NCBI GenBank assembly: GCA_965215605.1
Contig: OZ244070.1
Span: 1,024,001 to 1,088,000 of the forward strand
DNA: 64,000 nucleotides
Direction of reading: 5' to 3'
Source: an uncultured Candidatus Binatia bacterium
Lineage (GTDB): Bacteria; Desulfobacterota; Binatia; UBA9968; JAJDTQ01
The translations under genes and the position numbers were made by a program. Of this stretch, positions 34,289 to 43,984 are shown piece after piece. Under the pieces are notes generated by a model that saw only the letters and a program-made list of their open reading frames with translations, did no database searches and was not told the origin of the DNA. How positions within the stretch are numbered: the stretch's first letter is position 1; every line of letters starts with the position of its first letter.

Positions 34289-35619
34289 AGAGCCTGCACC
34301 AGCTCCTTGAACATGCGGCCTCGCTCGGCATAGTCCTCGAACATGTCGAAGCTCGAGCACGCCGGCGACAACAACACGACGTCTCCGCGCCGGGCCGCGG
34401 TCCGGGCCTGCCGCACCGCCTCGCGGTAGTCCTTCACCACCACGGTGTCCGCGCACGCGCCCAGCTCCTCTTTCATGAGCTCCCGCGCCGCGCCCAGCAG
34501 GATCAGCTTCCGGACCCGCTCCCGCACCAGCGGCTCCAGGACCCGGTAACTGCCGCCCTTGTGGACGCCGCCGGCGATGAGCACCACGGGCTCGTCGAAG
34601 CTCGCCAGGGACTTCCGGACGGCGCCCACATTGGTGCCCTTGGAGTCGTTGTAATAGCGGACGCCGTCCAGCTCGCGCACGAACTCGAGCCGGTGCTCGA
34701 TGCCCGGGAACCGCCCCGCCGCCTTCCGGATGGGGCGCGCGCCGACGCCCACGGCCTTGGCCGCGCAGACGGCGGCCATGACGTTCTCGACGTTGTGGAC
34801 CCCGCGCAGCCGGACGGCGCGGAGCGGAAAGCGCTCTTCGGCTCCTTCGCCGCGCCAGACGATGTCGTCCGCGGCCACGAAGGCGCCCGGCCCCGCCTCC
34901 TCCCAACCGAAAGAGACCACCCGGGAGCTGAGCCCGGCGCGCAACCCCCATACCCACGGGTCGTCCCGGTTCAGCACCGCGACGTCGCCGGCACGTTGGG
35001 CCGCGAAGATCCTGGCCTTGGCGGCGCCATAACTCGAGAGCCCGTCGTAGCGGTCCAGATGGTCCTCGCTGAGGTTCAGCAACAGCGCCACCCGGGGACG
35101 GAAATCCCGCACCCACTCGAGCTGAAAGCTGCTCACCTCCACCACCCCCCAGTCCCAGTCGCCGTCCACGTACTCGATGAGCGGGCTGCCGATGTTGCCC
35201 GCCGCGAAGGTGCGCAGTCCGGCCGCCTCGAGGATCCCGGCCAGCAGCCGGGTGGTGGTGGTCTTCCCGTTGGTGCCGGTAACCGCCACCATGGGCGTGC
35301 TGCTGAAACGCGCCGCCAGCTCGATCTCGCTCAGCACCTCGATGCCTCGCCGGACGGAGTCCGCCAGCAATGGATTGTCTCGTGGCACGCCCGGGCTGGG
35401 GACCACCGCATCCACGCCGTCGAGCCAGCCCGGTTGCTCCGGCCCGAAATGACAGGCGGCCGAAAGCCGCGACAGCTCGCCCCGGGCCGGTCCCATCCGG
35501 TCTTCGTCGCGGGCGTCGACGGCCACCACGCGGGCGCCGCGGGCGGCGAGAAACCGCGCCACGGCCAGTCCCGTGCGGGCCAGCCCCAGCACCATGATCC
35601 TTTTGCCCTCGAGTTCCAC
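34285..35619 (-). CDS. murD: UDP-MurNAc-L-Ala-D-glutamate ligase
   Basis: GLARTG, TGTNGKTTTT, EVSSFQLE, HRLE, NDSKGTN, SPACSSFDMF; start placed at GTG 35619. Confidence 0.97.
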   Translation of the reverse strand: MELEGKRIMVLGLARTGLAVARFLAARGARVVAVDARDEDRMGPARGELSRLSAACHFGPEQPGWLDGVDAVVPSPGVPRDNPLLADSVRRGIEVLSEIELAARFSSTPMVAVTGTNGKTTTTRLLAGILEAAGLRTFAAGNIGSPLIEYVDGDWDWGVVEVSSFQLEWVRDFRPRVALLLNLSEDHLDRYDGLSSYGAAKARIFAAQRAGDVAVLNRDDPWVWGLRAGLSSRVVSFGWEEAGPGAFVAADDIVWRGEGAEERFPLRAVRLRGVHNVENVMAAVCAAKAVGVGARPIRKAAGRFPGIEHRLEFVRELDGVRYYNDSKGTNVGAVRKSLASFDEPVVLIAGGVHKGGSYRVLEPLVRERVRKLILLGAARELMKEELGACADTVVVKDYREAVRQARTAARRGDVVLLSPACSSFDMFEDYAERGRMFKELVQAL

Positions 35620-35653
35620 CGGTTTCCCGTCTGGTCCTTCTCCCCGCGGATGC

Positions 35654-35678
35654 GGGCGGGTTTGAAACCCGCCCCTAC
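35654..35678 (-). repeat. REP-like palindrome (GTAG family) between mraY and murD
   Basis: GTAG tetranucleotide followed by the hairpin GGGCGGGTTT-C-AAACCCGCCC. Confidence 0.7.
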
Positions 35679-35715
35679 AAGTCGTCGCGCGTGTCGCGAT
35701 CACCTCCGCAAACCC

Positions 35716-36792
35716 TCACCGCAGCTTCAGCGTGCTCAACGCGACCAGCGCGCAGATGATCGATATGATCCAGAACCGCACGATGATCTGCGGCTCCGGC
35801 CAACCCTTGAGCTCATAGTGGTGATGGATCGGCGCCATGCGGAACACGCGTTTGCCACGCAGCTTGAACGACGCCACCTGGACGATCACCGACACCGCCT
35901 CCACCACGAAGACGCCGCCCACCACCACCAGCAGAATCTCGTTCTTGCTGATGACCGCGACGATCCCCAGTGCGGCCCCCAGCCCCAGACTGCCGACGTC
36001 GCCCATGAAGATCTGGGCCGGATAGGTGTTGAACCAGAGAAAACCCAGCCCCGCGGCCGCCACCGCCGCGCAGAACACCGTCAACTCGCCCACCCGCGAC
36101 ACGTAGGGGATCTGCAGGTACTCGGCGAACTTCACGTGGCCCGCGAGGTACACGATCAGGGCGTACGCGGCCGCCGCGGTCATCACCGGACCGATGGCAA
36201 GACCGTCCAGCCCATCGGTCAGGTTCACCGCATTGGAGGCGCCCACCACCACCAGCACCGCGAAGGGGATGTACCAGAGCCCGAAGTCCGGCTGGACGTT
36301 CTTGAGGAAGGGAACCGCGACGGTGCTGCTGAAGTCCGGCTGCATCACCAGCACCACGGCGGCAATGGCGGCCACCGCCGTCTGCGGCGCCAGCTTGCTC
36401 CACATCTTCAGGCCGTGGCTGCTCTGGCGCCGGACCTTGAGGCAGTCGTCGATGAAACCGATGGCCGCGAACCCCACGGTTACGGCCAGGGCCACGAGCA
36501 CGTACACGTTGGTGACGTCCCCCACCAGCACCGTGGACAGCACCAGCGACAGCACGATCAGGGTCCCTCCCATGGTGGGGGTGCCGGCCTTGACGGCGTG
36601 GCGGTCCGGACCGTCGTCCCGAATGGGCTGTCCGATCTGCGACTCCCTGAACGACCGGATCAGGTAGGGGCCGATGATGAACGAGAGCAGCAGCGTCACC
36701 AGCGCCGCCAGGGCGGCGCGGAACGTGATGTAGCGGAACACGTTGAAGACCGGAAACGTGGCGTGCAGCGGGAACAACAACAGATACAGCAC
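35716..36792 (-). CDS. mraY: Phospho-N-acetylmuramoyl-pentapeptide transferase
   Basis: KAGTPTMGG, GFIDD, NAVNLTDGLDGL, FMGDVGS, MAPIHHHYE. Confidence 0.98.
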   Translation of the reverse strand: MLYLLLFPLHATFPVFNVFRYITFRAALAALVTLLLSFIIGPYLIRSFRESQIGQPIRDDGPDRHAVKAGTPTMGGTLIVLSLVLSTVLVGDVTNVYVLVALAVTVGFAAIGFIDDCLKVRRQSSHGLKMWSKLAPQTAVAAIAAVVLVMQPDFSSTVAVPFLKNVQPDFGLWYIPFAVLVVVGASNAVNLTDGLDGLAIGPVMTAAAAYALIVYLAGHVKFAEYLQIPYVSRVGELTVFCAAVAAAGLGFLWFNTYPAQIFMGDVGSLGLGAALGIVAVISKNEILLVVVGGVFVVEAVSVIVQVASFKLRGKRVFRMAPIHHHYELKGWPEPQIIVRFWIISIICALVALSTLKLR

Positions 36793-36796
36793 CGCG

Positions 36797-38194
36797 TTAC
36801 GCTCCTTCGTCCTTCATGGCCGCCAGCACCTTCTCCATGGCGGCGCCGCGGGAACCCTTGACCAGGATCCAGTCGCCCTTGCGGAGATCGGCCCGCAACG
36901 CCGACCCGAGCGTCCGGTGGCCGCGCGCCACCCTGACGGCGCTTCTGGCCATGCCGGCCTCCAGCGCCCCCTGCCGGACGTCCCGGGCGAAATGGCCCAG
37001 GACGTAGAGCGCATCCAGGCCGCAACCGGCCGCGGCCGCCCCGGCTCCACGATGGCAGGCGGCCTCGTCCGCGCCCATTTCCAGCATGTCTCCCAGCACG
37101 GCGATCCTGCGCCCCCGGCCGGGAATCGCCTTCAGCGCCGCCAGCGCCGCTTCCATGGACGCGGGGTTGGCGTTGTAGGCGTCGTTGATGATGCCGACGC
37201 CGGCCCAGCGTTCCACCTGCATGCGCATGGGCACCGGCCGGACCGCCTCGAGACCCTGCCGGATCGCCGCCGCGTCCGCTCCGAAGGCGTACGCCATGGC
37301 CGCGGCCCCCACCGCGTTGCCGACGTTGTGGGCGCCGCACAGGCGCAACCGGACCGGCTGCCGCGAGCGGCCCACCCGCAGGTTGAACCGCAGCCGGCCG
37401 CCGGCGAGCATCTCCGCATCTTCGCCGCGGACGAAACCGCCGGCACCGTAGGTCACCACGCGGCCCGTGAAGCGCCGGCTCTGGCGCACCACGCGGCTGT
37501 CGTCCAGATTCACCACGGCCGTGCCCCGTGGGTTCAATCCCCGGAAGATCGCGCCCTTCTCCCGCGCCACCCCGGCGAGGGTTCCCAGGCCCGACAGGTG
37601 GGCCGGAGCCACCGAGGTGATGAGGGCCACGTCCGGATCGGCGATGGCCGTGAGACGGCGGATCTCTCCCGGCCGGTTGGTGCCGAGCTCCACCACGGCC
37701 GCGCGTTGGCTGCCGCGAAGACGGAGCAACGTCAAGGGCAAGCCCACCAGGTTGTTGTAGTTGCCCTCGGTCTTGAGCACCTTGCCGCGCAACGGACCAT
37801 CGACCGTGCGCGCGCGTTGCAGAATGGAGAAGAGCATTTCCTTGGTGGTGGTCTTCCCGTTGGAGCCGGTCACGGCCAGCACCCGTGGCGCCAGCTTCCG
37901 CCGGTGAAAGCTCGCGATGTCGCCGAGGGCGCGCAAGGAGTCGCGTACGCGAATGACCGACGCGCCGTTGGCGCCGTCCACATGCCGCTCCACCACCAGA
38001 CACGTGCCGCCTCGGCGCACGGCCTCGGGCACGAATGCATGCCCGTCCCGCGAATCCCCGCGGAGCGCCACGAACACGCCGTTCTTCTCCACTTGGCGCG
38101 AATCCGTGCTGATGTCCCTGAATCCGCTCACGGCACCTCGTTGAACAATGGTCCCTCTGGCGGCCCGCGCCAGCTCTTCAAGGTCCCACTCCAT
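36797..38194 (-). CDS. murF: UDP-MurNAc-tripeptide D-Ala-D-Ala ligase
   Basis: TGSNGKTTTKE, NYNNLVG, DAYNANP, LGDMLEMG, KGSRG. Confidence 0.97.
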   Translation of the reverse strand: MEWDLEELARAARGTIVQRGAVSGFRDISTDSRQVEKNGVFVALRGDSRDGHAFVPEAVRRGGTCLVVERHVDGANGASVIRVRDSLRALGDIASFHRRKLAPRVLAVTGSNGKTTTKEMLFSILQRARTVDGPLRGKVLKTEGNYNNLVGLPLTLLRLRGSQRAAVVELGTNRPGEIRRLTAIADPDVALITSVAPAHLSGLGTLAGVAREKGAIFRGLNPRGTAVVNLDDSRVVRQSRRFTGRVVTYGAGGFVRGEDAEMLAGGRLRFNLRVGRSRQPVRLRLCGAHNVGNAVGAAAMAYAFGADAAAIRQGLEAVRPVPMRMQVERWAGVGIINDAYNANPASMEAALAALKAIPGRGRRIAVLGDMLEMGADEAACHRGAGAAAAGCGLDALYVLGHFARDVRQGALEAGMARSAVRVARGHRTLGSALRADLRKGDWILVKGSRGAAMEKVLAAMKDEGA

Positions 38195-38215
38195 GGCCGC
38201 TTCACCCGCCTGTCC

Positions 38216-39745
38216 CTAAGCGCCCGAAACGCCGGCTTCTTCCCGCAACACCTGCCGGTCGTCGAAATGCAGCCGCCGGTCTCCCTGGATCTGGTAGTCC
38301 TCGTGACCCTTGCCCGCCACCAGCACGACGTCGCCCGGGGATGCCAGCGAGATGCCCAGGCGAATGGCGCGCCGGCGGTCGGGCTCGACCCGATATCCGG
38401 CCTGCCCGGCGGCGTCTCCCTCCTGGAGCCGTCTCATGCCACGCCGGCGCACCCCCGCTTCGATGTCGCGAATGATCGCCATGGGCTCCTCGCCGCGGGG
38501 GTTGTCGGAGGTCAACACGACGCAGTCGCTGGCCGATGCGGCGAGCTCGCCCATGACCGGACGCTTGCCCGCGTCCCGGTCGCCGCCGCAACCGAACACG
38601 GTGATCAACCTCGTCCGAGTCAGGAGCCGCAGGGTGCGGATGGCCTTGGCCAGCGCATCCGGCGTATGGGCGTAGTCCACCACCAGGGTCACGTCCAGAT
38701 CGTTGGGGACCGGCTCGAGCCGCCCCGGCACCCGGTGGAGCCGGGCGATGCCGTCCGCGATGGTGCTCGGGTCGAGCCCGAGCGCCCAGGCCGTTCCCGC
38801 GGCCGCCAGGATGTTCTCGAGGTTCACCTCGCCGATGAGGCCCGACTCGAACTCGATTCGCCGCGGTCCGCACGCGAGGGTCCCTCTCAAGCCGCCGAGG
38901 CCGCTTTCCACGTCCAGCGGATGAATGTCCCAACCCGGCGAACTCCCGTAGGTCAGCGTCACCAAGCCGGCCTCCTCCGCCAAACGGCTCAATTCGCGGC
39001 CCCGAGGATCGTCCGCGTTGATGACGGCCACCCGCCGGTCCTTGGCGCCGGCCGGCAGGCAATCCGTGAACAGCCGGGCCTTGCTGAGAAAGTAGCTTTC
39101 CATGTCGCGGTGATAGTCCAGGTGGTCCCGCGAGAGATTGGTGAACACCGCGGCGTCGAAGTCCAGTCCGTCAACCCGGTGCAGGTCCAGGGCGTGGGAG
39201 GACACCTCCATGGCCACGTACCTCACCTCCGCGCGCAGCATGTCGGACAGGAGTTCCTCGATGTCGATGGACTCGGGCGTGGTCAGGGGCGAAGGGCGCT
39301 GGCATCCGGCGTAGCGTTGGCTGATGGTGCCGATCACGCCGCACCGATCACTGCCGCCGCCGAGGATCGCCTCGAGCAGATACGTGACCGTGGTCTTGCC
39401 GTTGGTGCCGGTGACCCCCACCAGCACCAGGCCGCGGCTCGGATGTCCATGGAACACCGCCGCCGCCCGGGCCATGGCCCGGCGCGTGTCGGACACCCGC
39501 ACGCAGGCGGCTTGCGGCGGCACCGCGACCGGCCGCTGGAGCACCACCGCGGCGGCGCCCCGGGTCACCGCATCCTCGACGAAATCATGCCCGTCTGCGA
39601 GCTGCCCGGAGAGGGCGAAGAAGACGTAGCCGTCCCGGACCCGGCGCGAGTCGCACGCGAGTCCCTGGACGGGGCGGTCCATGGACCCCTTCTCGTCCCG
39701 GATGTCCGGCGTATGAAGCAGCTCCCGGAGCAGCATCGAGGTCAT
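38216..39745 (-). CDS. murE: UDP-MurNAc-dipeptide meso-DAP ligase
   Basis: TGTNGKTT, MEVSSH, DYAHTPDAL, DNPR (DAP specificity), AGKGHE. Confidence 0.98.
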   Translation of the reverse strand: MTSMLLRELLHTPDIRDEKGSMDRPVQGLACDSRRVRDGYVFFALSGQLADGHDFVEDAVTRGAAAVVLQRPVAVPPQAACVRVSDTRRAMARAAAVFHGHPSRGLVLVGVTGTNGKTTVTYLLEAILGGGSDRCGVIGTISQRYAGCQRPSPLTTPESIDIEELLSDMLRAEVRYVAMEVSSHALDLHRVDGLDFDAAVFTNLSRDHLDYHRDMESYFLSKARLFTDCLPAGAKDRRVAVINADDPRGRELSRLAEEAGLVTLTYGSSPGWDIHPLDVESGLGGLRGTLACGPRRIEFESGLIGEVNLENILAAAGTAWALGLDPSTIADGIARLHRVPGRLEPVPNDLDVTLVVDYAHTPDALAKAIRTLRLLTRTRLITVFGCGGDRDAGKRPVMGELAASASDCVVLTSDNPRGEEPMAIIRDIEAGVRRRGMRRLQEGDAAGQAGYRVEPDRRRAIRLGISLASPGDVVLVAGKGHEDYQIQGDRRLHFDDRQVLREEAGVSGA

Positions 39746-41694
39746 TCCTTCAACGTCAGGACCAGCCGGCCGCCGGCGCCATCGACGCGCTGGTTCACCA
39801 CATAGCCATGGCCGCGGAGGACCACCGAGAGCTTGTGTTTCTTGGCCTCGGCCACGGCCTCGCGCATGCTCAATCCGACGAGATCCGGCCGGCTGCCGGG
39901 CCGGGCCGCCCCGCGGTTCCGCGCCGCGGTCCGGGACACCCGGATGACGCCGCCACCCCGGCCCGGATCGAGTGCCGGCAGCAGCCGCCGGCTGGGCGTC
40001 GCTCCCAGGGCATGCAGGGCGGGTCCGGCGATGCGGCGGAACAGGGGCGCCGCCACCACGCCGCCGTACACGTTGACCGTGGGCTCGTCCACCAGGGTCA
40101 GGAGAACGAAGCGCGGCTCGTCCGCGGGCACGAAACCGACGAAGGAGGCCACCCGCTTGGTCTTCGAGTAGCCGCCCTTGACGTTGTCGGCCTTCTGGGA
40201 GGTGCCGGTCTTGCCGGCCGCCTCGAACCCCGTCAGGGCAGCCCGCGTGCCGGTGCCGCCTTCCGCCACGACACCCTTCAGAATCCCCGCCACCGTGCGC
40301 GCGGTGGCCCGGGAAGCCACCCGCCGCACCATCTCCGGCCTGCGCTCCAGCACCACCCTGCCGTTCTCTTCCGTCACCCGCTCCACCACGTAGGGCTTCA
40401 TCAGCAGGCCGCCGTTGGCGATGGCGGAGTACGCCATGACCATCTGCAGAGGGGTCACGGAAACGGACTGGCCGAAGGAGGTTGCCGCCAGATCGATGTC
40501 GTACCAGGTATGGGGCGGCCGCACGTTGCCGGGCACCTCTCCAGGAAGATCGACGTTGGTCTTTTCGCCGAAGCCGAAGCGCCGGATGTAACGGTGATAG
40601 CGGTCTCTGCCGAGCTTGTGCGCCACCTTGGTCACGCCGATGTTGCTGGAAAGCTGGAGCACCTTGGCGAAGGACAGCCAGCCGTATTCCTTGAAGTCGT
40701 GGACAAACCGCCCGCCGTACCGGTAGCGGCCGAACTCGCAGAAGATCAGGTCCTCACGGCCCACCACGCCCTCTTCCAGGGCGGCCGCGGCCAGCACCGC
40801 CTTGAAGACCGAGCCGGGCTCGTAGGTGTCGGTAACGGCGCGGATGCGCCAGCGGTTCCGGTCCTGGGAGCGGAACTGGTTGGGGTCGAAGAACGGGTAG
40901 CTGGCCAAGGCCAGGATCGCACCCGTGAACGGATCCGCCATCACCACCGTGCCGCCCTTGGCGCGGAACCGCTTGACGGTGGCCTCCAGGTGCTTCTCGG
41001 CCAGATGCTGCAGTGCCGTGTCCAGGGTCAGATGGACGTTGGCCCCGGGCTGGATCTTGTGATCGTCCAGACCCATCACCAGCACGTGCCGGCCCAGCGC
41101 ATCCCGCTCCACCACCGACGAGCCGGGCTCGCCGCGGATGTGGCGGTCGTAGCTGCGCTCGACTCCTTCCAGCCCCTGGGCGTCCCGCCCCACCAGGCCC
41201 AGGGTCTGGCCGGCCAGATGGCCCTTGGGATAGTAGCGCCGGGTCTCGTGGTACAGCCCGATCCCTTCCGCCCTCAGGGCCTTGATCCGTTTGGCTTCAC
41301 GCGGCGTCACCTGGCGCTTGAGCCACACGAAGGGCGCCTTGGACGCGAACCGGCGGCTCACCTCCCGGGGCTTCATGCCCAGGGCGCGGGCGACCTTCGG
41401 CGCGGTCTCCTCGGGAGAGCGCAGCCGACGCGGCCTCACGTAGACCGACTGGGCATCGAGGCTGATGGCCAGCGGATCGCCGTTGCGGCTCAGGATGGAG
41501 CCGCGCTTCGGCACGAAGCTCGCTTCCTGAAGGTGCTGCCGCTCGCCCAGCCGCGCCAGCCGCTCGCCGTCGAAGGCCTGGAGCTGAACGGCCCGGGCCG
41601 CCACCGCCGACAGCAGCGCCAGGAGCAGGCCGCCGGTCAGCCGCAGCCGGAATCGCAGTCTGGCGGAAGAGTCCTGTCCCGTCTTCTTGTTCAC
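39742..41694 (-). CDS. ftsI: Penicillin-binding protein 3 with C-terminal PASTA-like domain
   Basis: RGSI, YEPGSVFK (SxxK), SSN, GKTGT and C-terminal PDLVGLSMREA. Confidence 0.96.
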   Translation of the reverse strand: MNKKTGQDSSARLRFRLRLTGGLLLALLSAVAARAVQLQAFDGERLARLGERQHLQEASFVPKRGSILSRNGDPLAISLDAQSVYVRPRRLRSPEETAPKVARALGMKPREVSRRFASKAPFVWLKRQVTPREAKRIKALRAEGIGLYHETRRYYPKGHLAGQTLGLVGRDAQGLEGVERSYDRHIRGEPGSSVVERDALGRHVLVMGLDDHKIQPGANVHLTLDTALQHLAEKHLEATVKRFRAKGGTVVMADPFTGAILALASYPFFDPNQFRSQDRNRWRIRAVTDTYEPGSVFKAVLAAAALEEGVVGREDLIFCEFGRYRYGGRFVHDFKEYGWLSFAKVLQLSSNIGVTKVAHKLGRDRYHRYIRRFGFGEKTNVDLPGEVPGNVRPPHTWYDIDLAATSFGQSVSVTPLQMVMAYSAIANGGLLMKPYVVERVTEENGRVVLERRPEMVRRVASRATARTVAGILKGVVAEGGTGTRAALTGFEAAGKTGTSQKADNVKGGYSKTKRVASFVGFVPADEPRFVLLTLVDEPTVNVYGGVVAAPLFRRIAGPALHALGATPSRRLLPALDPGRGGGVIRVSRTAARNRGAARPGSRPDLVGLSMREAVAEAKKHKLSVVLRGHGYVVNQRVDGAGGRLVLTLKE

Positions 41695-42017
41695 GGCAAC
41701 AACACCACCTGTTCAGCCCGGGGATCCCTGAGCCCCAGACGCTTCCGCGCCATGGCCTCGACGCGCTCGCGCGCGGTCAGGGTGGCCAGCTCGACCCGCA
41801 ACTCGCGATTCTCCTGCTCCAGCCGGCGCTCCAGCTTGGAGGTCGTGGAAAGCACGTAACCCAGTTGCACCACTCGCAGACGCTGCCACACCAGCAGCAG
41901 GGCCAACGCCACCAGGAAACAGCTCAGAGCCACCGGAAAGAACACGTTGCGGCGAGGGTCCGCCGGCCCGGTGTCCACCGGGTCCTGCCGGCCGAGAACC
42001 CGCCCCCGTATACTCAT
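41691..42017 (-). CDS. ftsL: Cell division protein FtsL
   Basis: TM segment plus coiled coil (LEQENRELRVELATL...RVEAMARKRLGL), between rsmH and ftsI. Confidence 0.9.
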   Translation of the reverse strand: MSIRGRVLGRQDPVDTGPADPRRNVFFPVALSCFLVALALLLVWQRLRVVQLGYVLSTTSKLERRLEQENRELRVELATLTARERVEAMARKRLGLRDPRAEQVVLLP

Positions 42018-42976
42018 GACGCGATCCTTTCCACGGCCCGGAGCCTGGCGGAGCGCGCCCGGGGGTTGGCGCGGACCTCGTCGCTGGTCGGCACCCGTGG
42101 CTTGCGGGTAATGGCCGTGGTCTTCCGGTCCCAACCGCAAGCGCACGCGGGCAGACGCGGCGGGCAGACGCAGTCCAGGCCCCACTTCCGGAACGCGCGC
42201 TTGACCAGCCGATCCTCCAGCGAGTGGAACGATATGATCACCAGGCGCCCGCGCGCGCGCAGCAGGTCGTACGCCGACTCGAGAAAGCCCTCGAGGTTTT
42301 CCAACTCCCGATTCACCGCGATGCGCACCGCCTGAAACGTCCGGGTGGCCGGATGGGGCACCGGGGTCCTGGACCCCCGGGCTCGGCGGCCTCGGGTTCC
42401 GCCGGCCGCCCGGGCCACGGTCTCCGCCAGCATCCGGGTGGAGTCGATGGGCCGTTGGCGGCGCTGGGCGTCGATGGCGCGCGCGATGCGCCGGGCCTGC
42501 GGCTCCTCGCCGAATTCCCGGATGAGCCTTTCGAGGTCCGCCACCGCCAGCGTATTGACCAACTCGCGCGCGTCCACCGGACGGCGGCGGTCCATGCGCA
42601 TGTCGAGGTCGGCGTCGTCGAGGAAGCTGAACCCGCGCTCCGGCGTGTCCACGTGATGGGAAGAAAGCCCCAGATCCAGCAACATGCCGTCGACGCCCGA
42701 CCAGCCCATCTCTTCCAGCACCTCCCGCGCGCGGGTGAACCCGGACCGGCGGAGAATGACCCGATCTCCGAAGCGGGCCAAGGCGCGCCCCGCCGCGTCG
42801 ATGGCCCGGTCGTCCCAGTCAAGACCCAGGAGCACGCCGTCCGGCGACGAACCACCGAGTATCTCCCGCGCGTGCCCGCCGCCTCCCACGGTTGCATCGA
42901 GATACCGGTGCGCCGGCGCGGGCGCGAGAATCTCGAGGACCTCGCGAAGCATCACGGGCTGGTGTGCGTAGCTCAT
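42014..42976 (-). CDS. rsmH: 16S rRNA C1402 N4-methyltransferase
   Basis: HQPVML, DATVGGGGH, DLGLSS, LDMRMD, FQAVRIAVN, SFHSLEDR, NPRARSARLR. Confidence 0.98.
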   Translation of the reverse strand: MSYAHQPVMLREVLEILAPAPAHRYLDATVGGGGHAREILGGSSPDGVLLGLDWDDRAIDAAGRALARFGDRVILRRSGFTRAREVLEEMGWSGVDGMLLDLGLSSHHVDTPERGFSFLDDADLDMRMDRRRPVDARELVNTLAVADLERLIREFGEEPQARRIARAIDAQRRQRPIDSTRMLAETVARAAGGTRGRRARGSRTPVPHPATRTFQAVRIAVNRELENLEGFLESAYDLLRARGRLVIISFHSLEDRLVKRAFRKWGLDCVCPPRLPACACGWDRKTTAITRKPRVPTSDEVRANPRARSARLRAVERIAS

Positions 42977-42987
42977 GGGACCATCGC

Positions 42988-43356
42988 TCAGTGGCAGGTG
43001 GCCGTGCCCTCCCAATCATCGTCGAAACTCTCGATGGCGTCGTCCAGCGAGGCGTAGAACTCGAACGCCCTGTCCATGCCCACCACCCGGAAGATGTCCT
43101 TGAGGTAGGGGCTCATGCCCGAGAGCTTGAGGTCGCCGTTCATCTCGCGCAGCAGCCTCAGGCGGTCCAGCAGCACCCCGATGCTCAGGTAGTTGATGTG
43201 GTCCACCGCCTTCAGATTCAGAACGACCTTGAGGCGTTCCTTCTCGATCAGGCCTCCGATCACGTCCTTGATCCGCACCATTTCCCGGAGGTCGATGTCG
43301 CCGTTGACATCGATCACCGCAATGTCCTGAATGGGCTTCCTGTCAAGTCCGAGCAT
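42988..43356 (-). CDS. STAS-domain (anti-sigma antagonist-like) protein
   Basis: VIDVNGDID...KVVLNLKAVDHINYLSIGVL...GDLKLSGMSPYLKDIFRVVGM...FYASLDDAIESF; AAGGAG RBS. Confidence 0.9.
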   Translation of the reverse strand: MLGLDRKPIQDIAVIDVNGDIDLREMVRIKDVIGGLIEKERLKVVLNLKAVDHINYLSIGVLLDRLRLLREMNGDLKLSGMSPYLKDIFRVVGMDRAFEFYASLDDAIESFDDDWEGTATCH

Positions 43357-43390
43357 GGATCGCTCCTTTCTTTCGACGCTTTTCCAGGAC

Positions 43391-43843
43391 CTACAAGCCC
43401 AGGTCCGTGAAGGAATCAGGATCTTCCATGAGTTGCTCTTCGGCCTCCGTGAACGCCTTTTCCCAGACGTCCCTGTCCCAGATGCGAAACTTCTCGCTGG
43501 CCGCCGCCAGCATCACGTCGCGCTTGAGGTCCGCGTACTTGCGCAGGGTGGGCGGTATCAGGATGCGGCCATGGGTGTCCGCCGCGCACTCGGTCGCGCC
43601 GGCGAGATAGTAGGTCTGGAACCGCACCATGCGGGCGTCGAACTTGGGCTTCCCGCGGACCGCCTCCTCCAGGGCCAACCACTCGTCCAGGGGATAGACA
43701 TCCAGGCAGCGCTTGGAGCTGACGACGAAATTTGTGATAATGAGCCGGTCGTCACCTTTGCCCAGGAGGACTTCGCGATACTTGGCCGGAATGCTCAAGC
43801 GCCCCTTGGTATCGATCGTATGCTCGTATCTGCCGCGAAACAT
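43391..43843 (-). CDS. mraZ: Transcriptional regulator MraZ
   Basis: MFRGRYEHTIDTKGRLSIPAKYR and second repeat DTHGRILIP. Confidence 0.97.
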   Translation of the reverse strand: MFRGRYEHTIDTKGRLSIPAKYREVLLGKGDDRLIITNFVVSSKRCLDVYPLDEWLALEEAVRGKPKFDARMVRFQTYYLAGATECAADTHGRILIPPTLRKYADLKRDVMLAAASEKFRIWDRDVWEKAFTEAEEQLMEDPDSFTDLGL

Positions 43844-43855
43844 GTCTGACGCCGT

Positions 43856-43920
43856 ATGGGATTTTATCCCACTTTTTCCCACATGACGGGAATATAGCCA
43901 GACCATCTCGCCCCTGTCAA
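43856..43920 (-). promoter_or_regulatory. dcw promoter with MraZ-binding repeats
   Basis: TTGACA-18 nt-TATATT (43920-43891), then GTGGG-N5-GTGGG (43882-43868) and an inverted CCCAT. Confidence 0.75.
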
Positions 43921-43984
43921 CACAAAAACGTCATATTTCGGGTGACGAAGAACCGGGCGAATTTACCCGAAAAACAGGCGTTTT

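Noticed and set aside
32118-35116. Apparent long fusion ORFs in the track (737-aa MurG, 642-aa FtsW); likewise 414-aa PanC, 952-aa PurL and 889-aa hydantoinase A
   Set aside because: These are upstream in-frame extensions overlapping neighbouring genes. The true starts are at the ATGA/GTGA overlaps or RBS-supported codons.
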